Shown in pieces: positions 61,676-64,000 of a stretch of DNA of 64,000 nt; the first letter of the stretch is position 1, and the number at the start of each line of letters is the position of its first letter. The notes beneath the pieces are model-generated. The model worked only from the letters and a program-made list of their open reading frames with translations. It was not told the origin of the DNA and searched no databases. The translations under genes were made by a program, and so were the position numbers. The DNA is from the human T2T-CHM13v2.0 reference genome, Homo sapiens: NCBI RefSeq assembly GCF_009914755.1, contig NC_060925.1; one strand, written 5' to 3'.

Positions 61676-62402
61676 TGCTATGGTTTGAATGTTCCCTCCA
61701 AAATTCATTGAAATTAAATCTCCAATGCAGCAGTAATGAAAGGTAAGACCTTTAAGAGGTTATTGGGTCATGAGAGTCTTGAATCCATTCATGAATTAAT
61801 GGATAAATGTGTTAATGGATTGATGATTATTACGGGAGTGGGACTGGCAGCTTTAAAAGAAAAGCAAGAGGCCAGGTGTGGTGGCTCATGCCTGTAATCC
61901 CAGCACTTTGGGAAGCCATAGTGGGTGGATCACCCGAGGGGTCAGGAGTTCCAGACCAGCCTGGCCAACATGGTGAAACCTCATCTCTACTAAAAATACA
62001 AAAATTAGCTGGGTGTGGTGGCGGGTGCCTGTAATCCCAACTACTTGGGAGGCTGAGGCAGGAGAATGGCTCCAACTCGGGAGGCAGAGGTTGCAGTGAG
62101 CTGAGATTGGGCCCACTGCACTCCAGCCTGGGCGACAGAGCAAGACTTCATCCCAAAAAAAAAAAAAAAAAAAGAAAGCAAGAGTGACCTGAGCAGGTTA
62201 GCATGCTCAGACCCCATGCCATGTGATACCCTGCACTGCCTGGTGACCCTGCACAGAGACTTCACCAGCAACAAGACTCTTACCAGATGCAGCCTGGGCC
62301 TTGGACTTCTCAGACTCCATAACTATAAGAAATACATTTATTTTCTTCATAAATTATGCAATTTCAGGAACTGTTATAAACAACAGAAAGTAAACAAATA
62401 CA
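61676..62402 (+). mobile_element. MSTB-like LTR containing an AluS (61870-62174)
   Basis: tgctatggtttgaatgttccctcc ... aaataca. Alu TSD aaagcaagag. Confidence 0.8.
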
Positions 62403-64000
62403 GTTATGCGTCTTCTGCCTGGTTTTCTTGAAAGTCTTGCCCTAGGGGAAGTGAGCCACCATGTAAGAAGTTTGACTTATCTGAAACTATCTGATGAAGA
62501 GACCATGTGTAGGCACTTTGATCAGCCATTTAGCTGAGATCAGGCTTTGCAGAATGATCACATATCAGATGTGAATGACTCTGTCTTGAATCTTCCAGCT
62601 GCTCCCAGTCAGCGGTACAAGGAATAGGAAATTGTCCAGAAAAACTCAGCTTGGATTTCTGACCTACAAAATTGTGAAACATAGTAAAATGGTTGTTCGT
62701 GTAAGCCACAAGATTTTAGGATAATTTATTGTACGACCATAGATACCCATAACAATTACTATTAATAAAAGCTAGCATCCACTGAGCTCTTTTTTATCTC
62801 TTAGGCACTTATTTAATCGTTAGGTAAATACTAACATTATCTCCATTTTCTAGTGGGGAGCAAAAAAAACTGACGCAAGAACACACAGTTTGGAAGAGAT
62901 GAAGTCAGGATTTAAATGCAAGACCTGCATTTTAACTGCTATGGTCTACAAAGTCCCTGCCCTCAAGGAGCTCACAACCAGTAGAGAAATAAGCTCGTAA
63001 GTGATTATAATAAAATGTGACAAGATGCTATGGGCTTATGCAAGATGCCATGAGAATTTAAAAGAGAGGTAATATAATTTTTTTGGAGTGAGTAGAGAAT
63101 AGGAAAAAAGTAAAACAAAAATTGAAAACATAGTGTGATTATGTGAAGATCAGGTGCTTCAGAGAAGAATACTGGCCATCATTTTCTTTTTCTTTCTTTT
63201 TTTTTTCTTTTTTAGTCGGAGACAAATATAGCTGAAGCAAAAGAAAGTGACAAGATGGAACAAAAAATTTGAGGTGGTAATATAGGAAAGGTTAGCATGG
63301 ACCATCTCATTCCATGCTGAAGCTTTTGTAATTTTTTATATAAGTGATAAGAAATCATTGAAAAAAATTGATTAGAGAAGCAGCAAAAGAGAGCTTGCAG
63401 TTTTACAGTATAATTCTGGTTGAAGTGTGGAAGACGAACTGAATTGAATTTAGAAATAGGTACTCAAATACATATTTTATATAAAAAAAGATGGATTAAT
63501 TTAAGCTGTAATTTCATTTCTCTTTGTCCTTCTCTACTGCCTTAGGCAATTTGTCTTATCATTTACAGAAAAACAATATAGAATATACAAAACAGTACAT
63601 ACACACAGCGATAATAAGAAACAACATTTATTGAACACTTACTATGTGTGCTGTCCTTTAATCCTAACAATAAATCACATTGTAAAACTTAATATCTTTT
63701 TTATAGGGGGGGAACTGAGGTATAGTTTATTAAAGATTAGTTATTTGGTCGCAGAGCTGGAATTTCAGCCAAATTTCAGTTCCAAGTTCTGAGACAGAGT
63801 TCAGTAGTGGCAAACCCTGAAGCAGATATTTTTAATTTAACTTAGTAAAATTTATCATAGAAACATGGATACAGTGCTAGGAATATAAAGGAAAGGGGCC
63901 CTTAGCCAAAGTGAAAAGTTTGGGAAAGCCTTTCTCAAGTGCATGAGGGAATCCCAAAGGATGAATTTCTTCCTTCAAGTATTCATTCTTTCATTCATAA

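Larger units (their letters stand above)
60368..62752 (+). mobile_element. MLT1 (H-like) host LTR fragmented by L1, MST and Alu insertions
   Basis: Pieces at ~60368-60540, 61653-61675 and 62403-62752 read as consecutive MLT1 sequence. Confidence 0.55.

Overview
This is primate, almost certainly human, genomic DNA containing the single-exon PRMT6 gene (protein arginine methyltransferase 6; CDS 20169-21296, + strand, 375 aa). The gene sits in a CpG island and has a ~1.2-1.45 kb 3'UTR with two candidate poly(A) signals. The rest of the window is AT-rich intergenic sequence dense in transposon fossils: many Alus, a near-complete THE1 (MaLR) provirus, a solo LTR12C (ERV9) ~10.5 kb upstream of PRMT6 in the same orientation, other ERV1/ERVL/MaLR LTRs, L1 and L2 fragments, and MER5/MER20/Tigger DNA transposons. 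No other protein-coding gene, RNA gene or CRISPR-like system is supported, and I do not see a convincing new biological system. The best second-look items are: an inverted (twin-primed) L1 that appears to carry a 3' transduction; a second twin-primed L1; the LTR12C as a possible cryptic promoter/enhancer with a mutated GATA site and a duplicated GC box; a stop-free alternative frame across most of PRMT6; a strong hairpin early in the PRMT6 3'UTR; and a palindromic AT-rich block built from inverted copies of its own flanks. Repeat subfamily names come from recalled consensus sequences, not from a RepeatMasker run.
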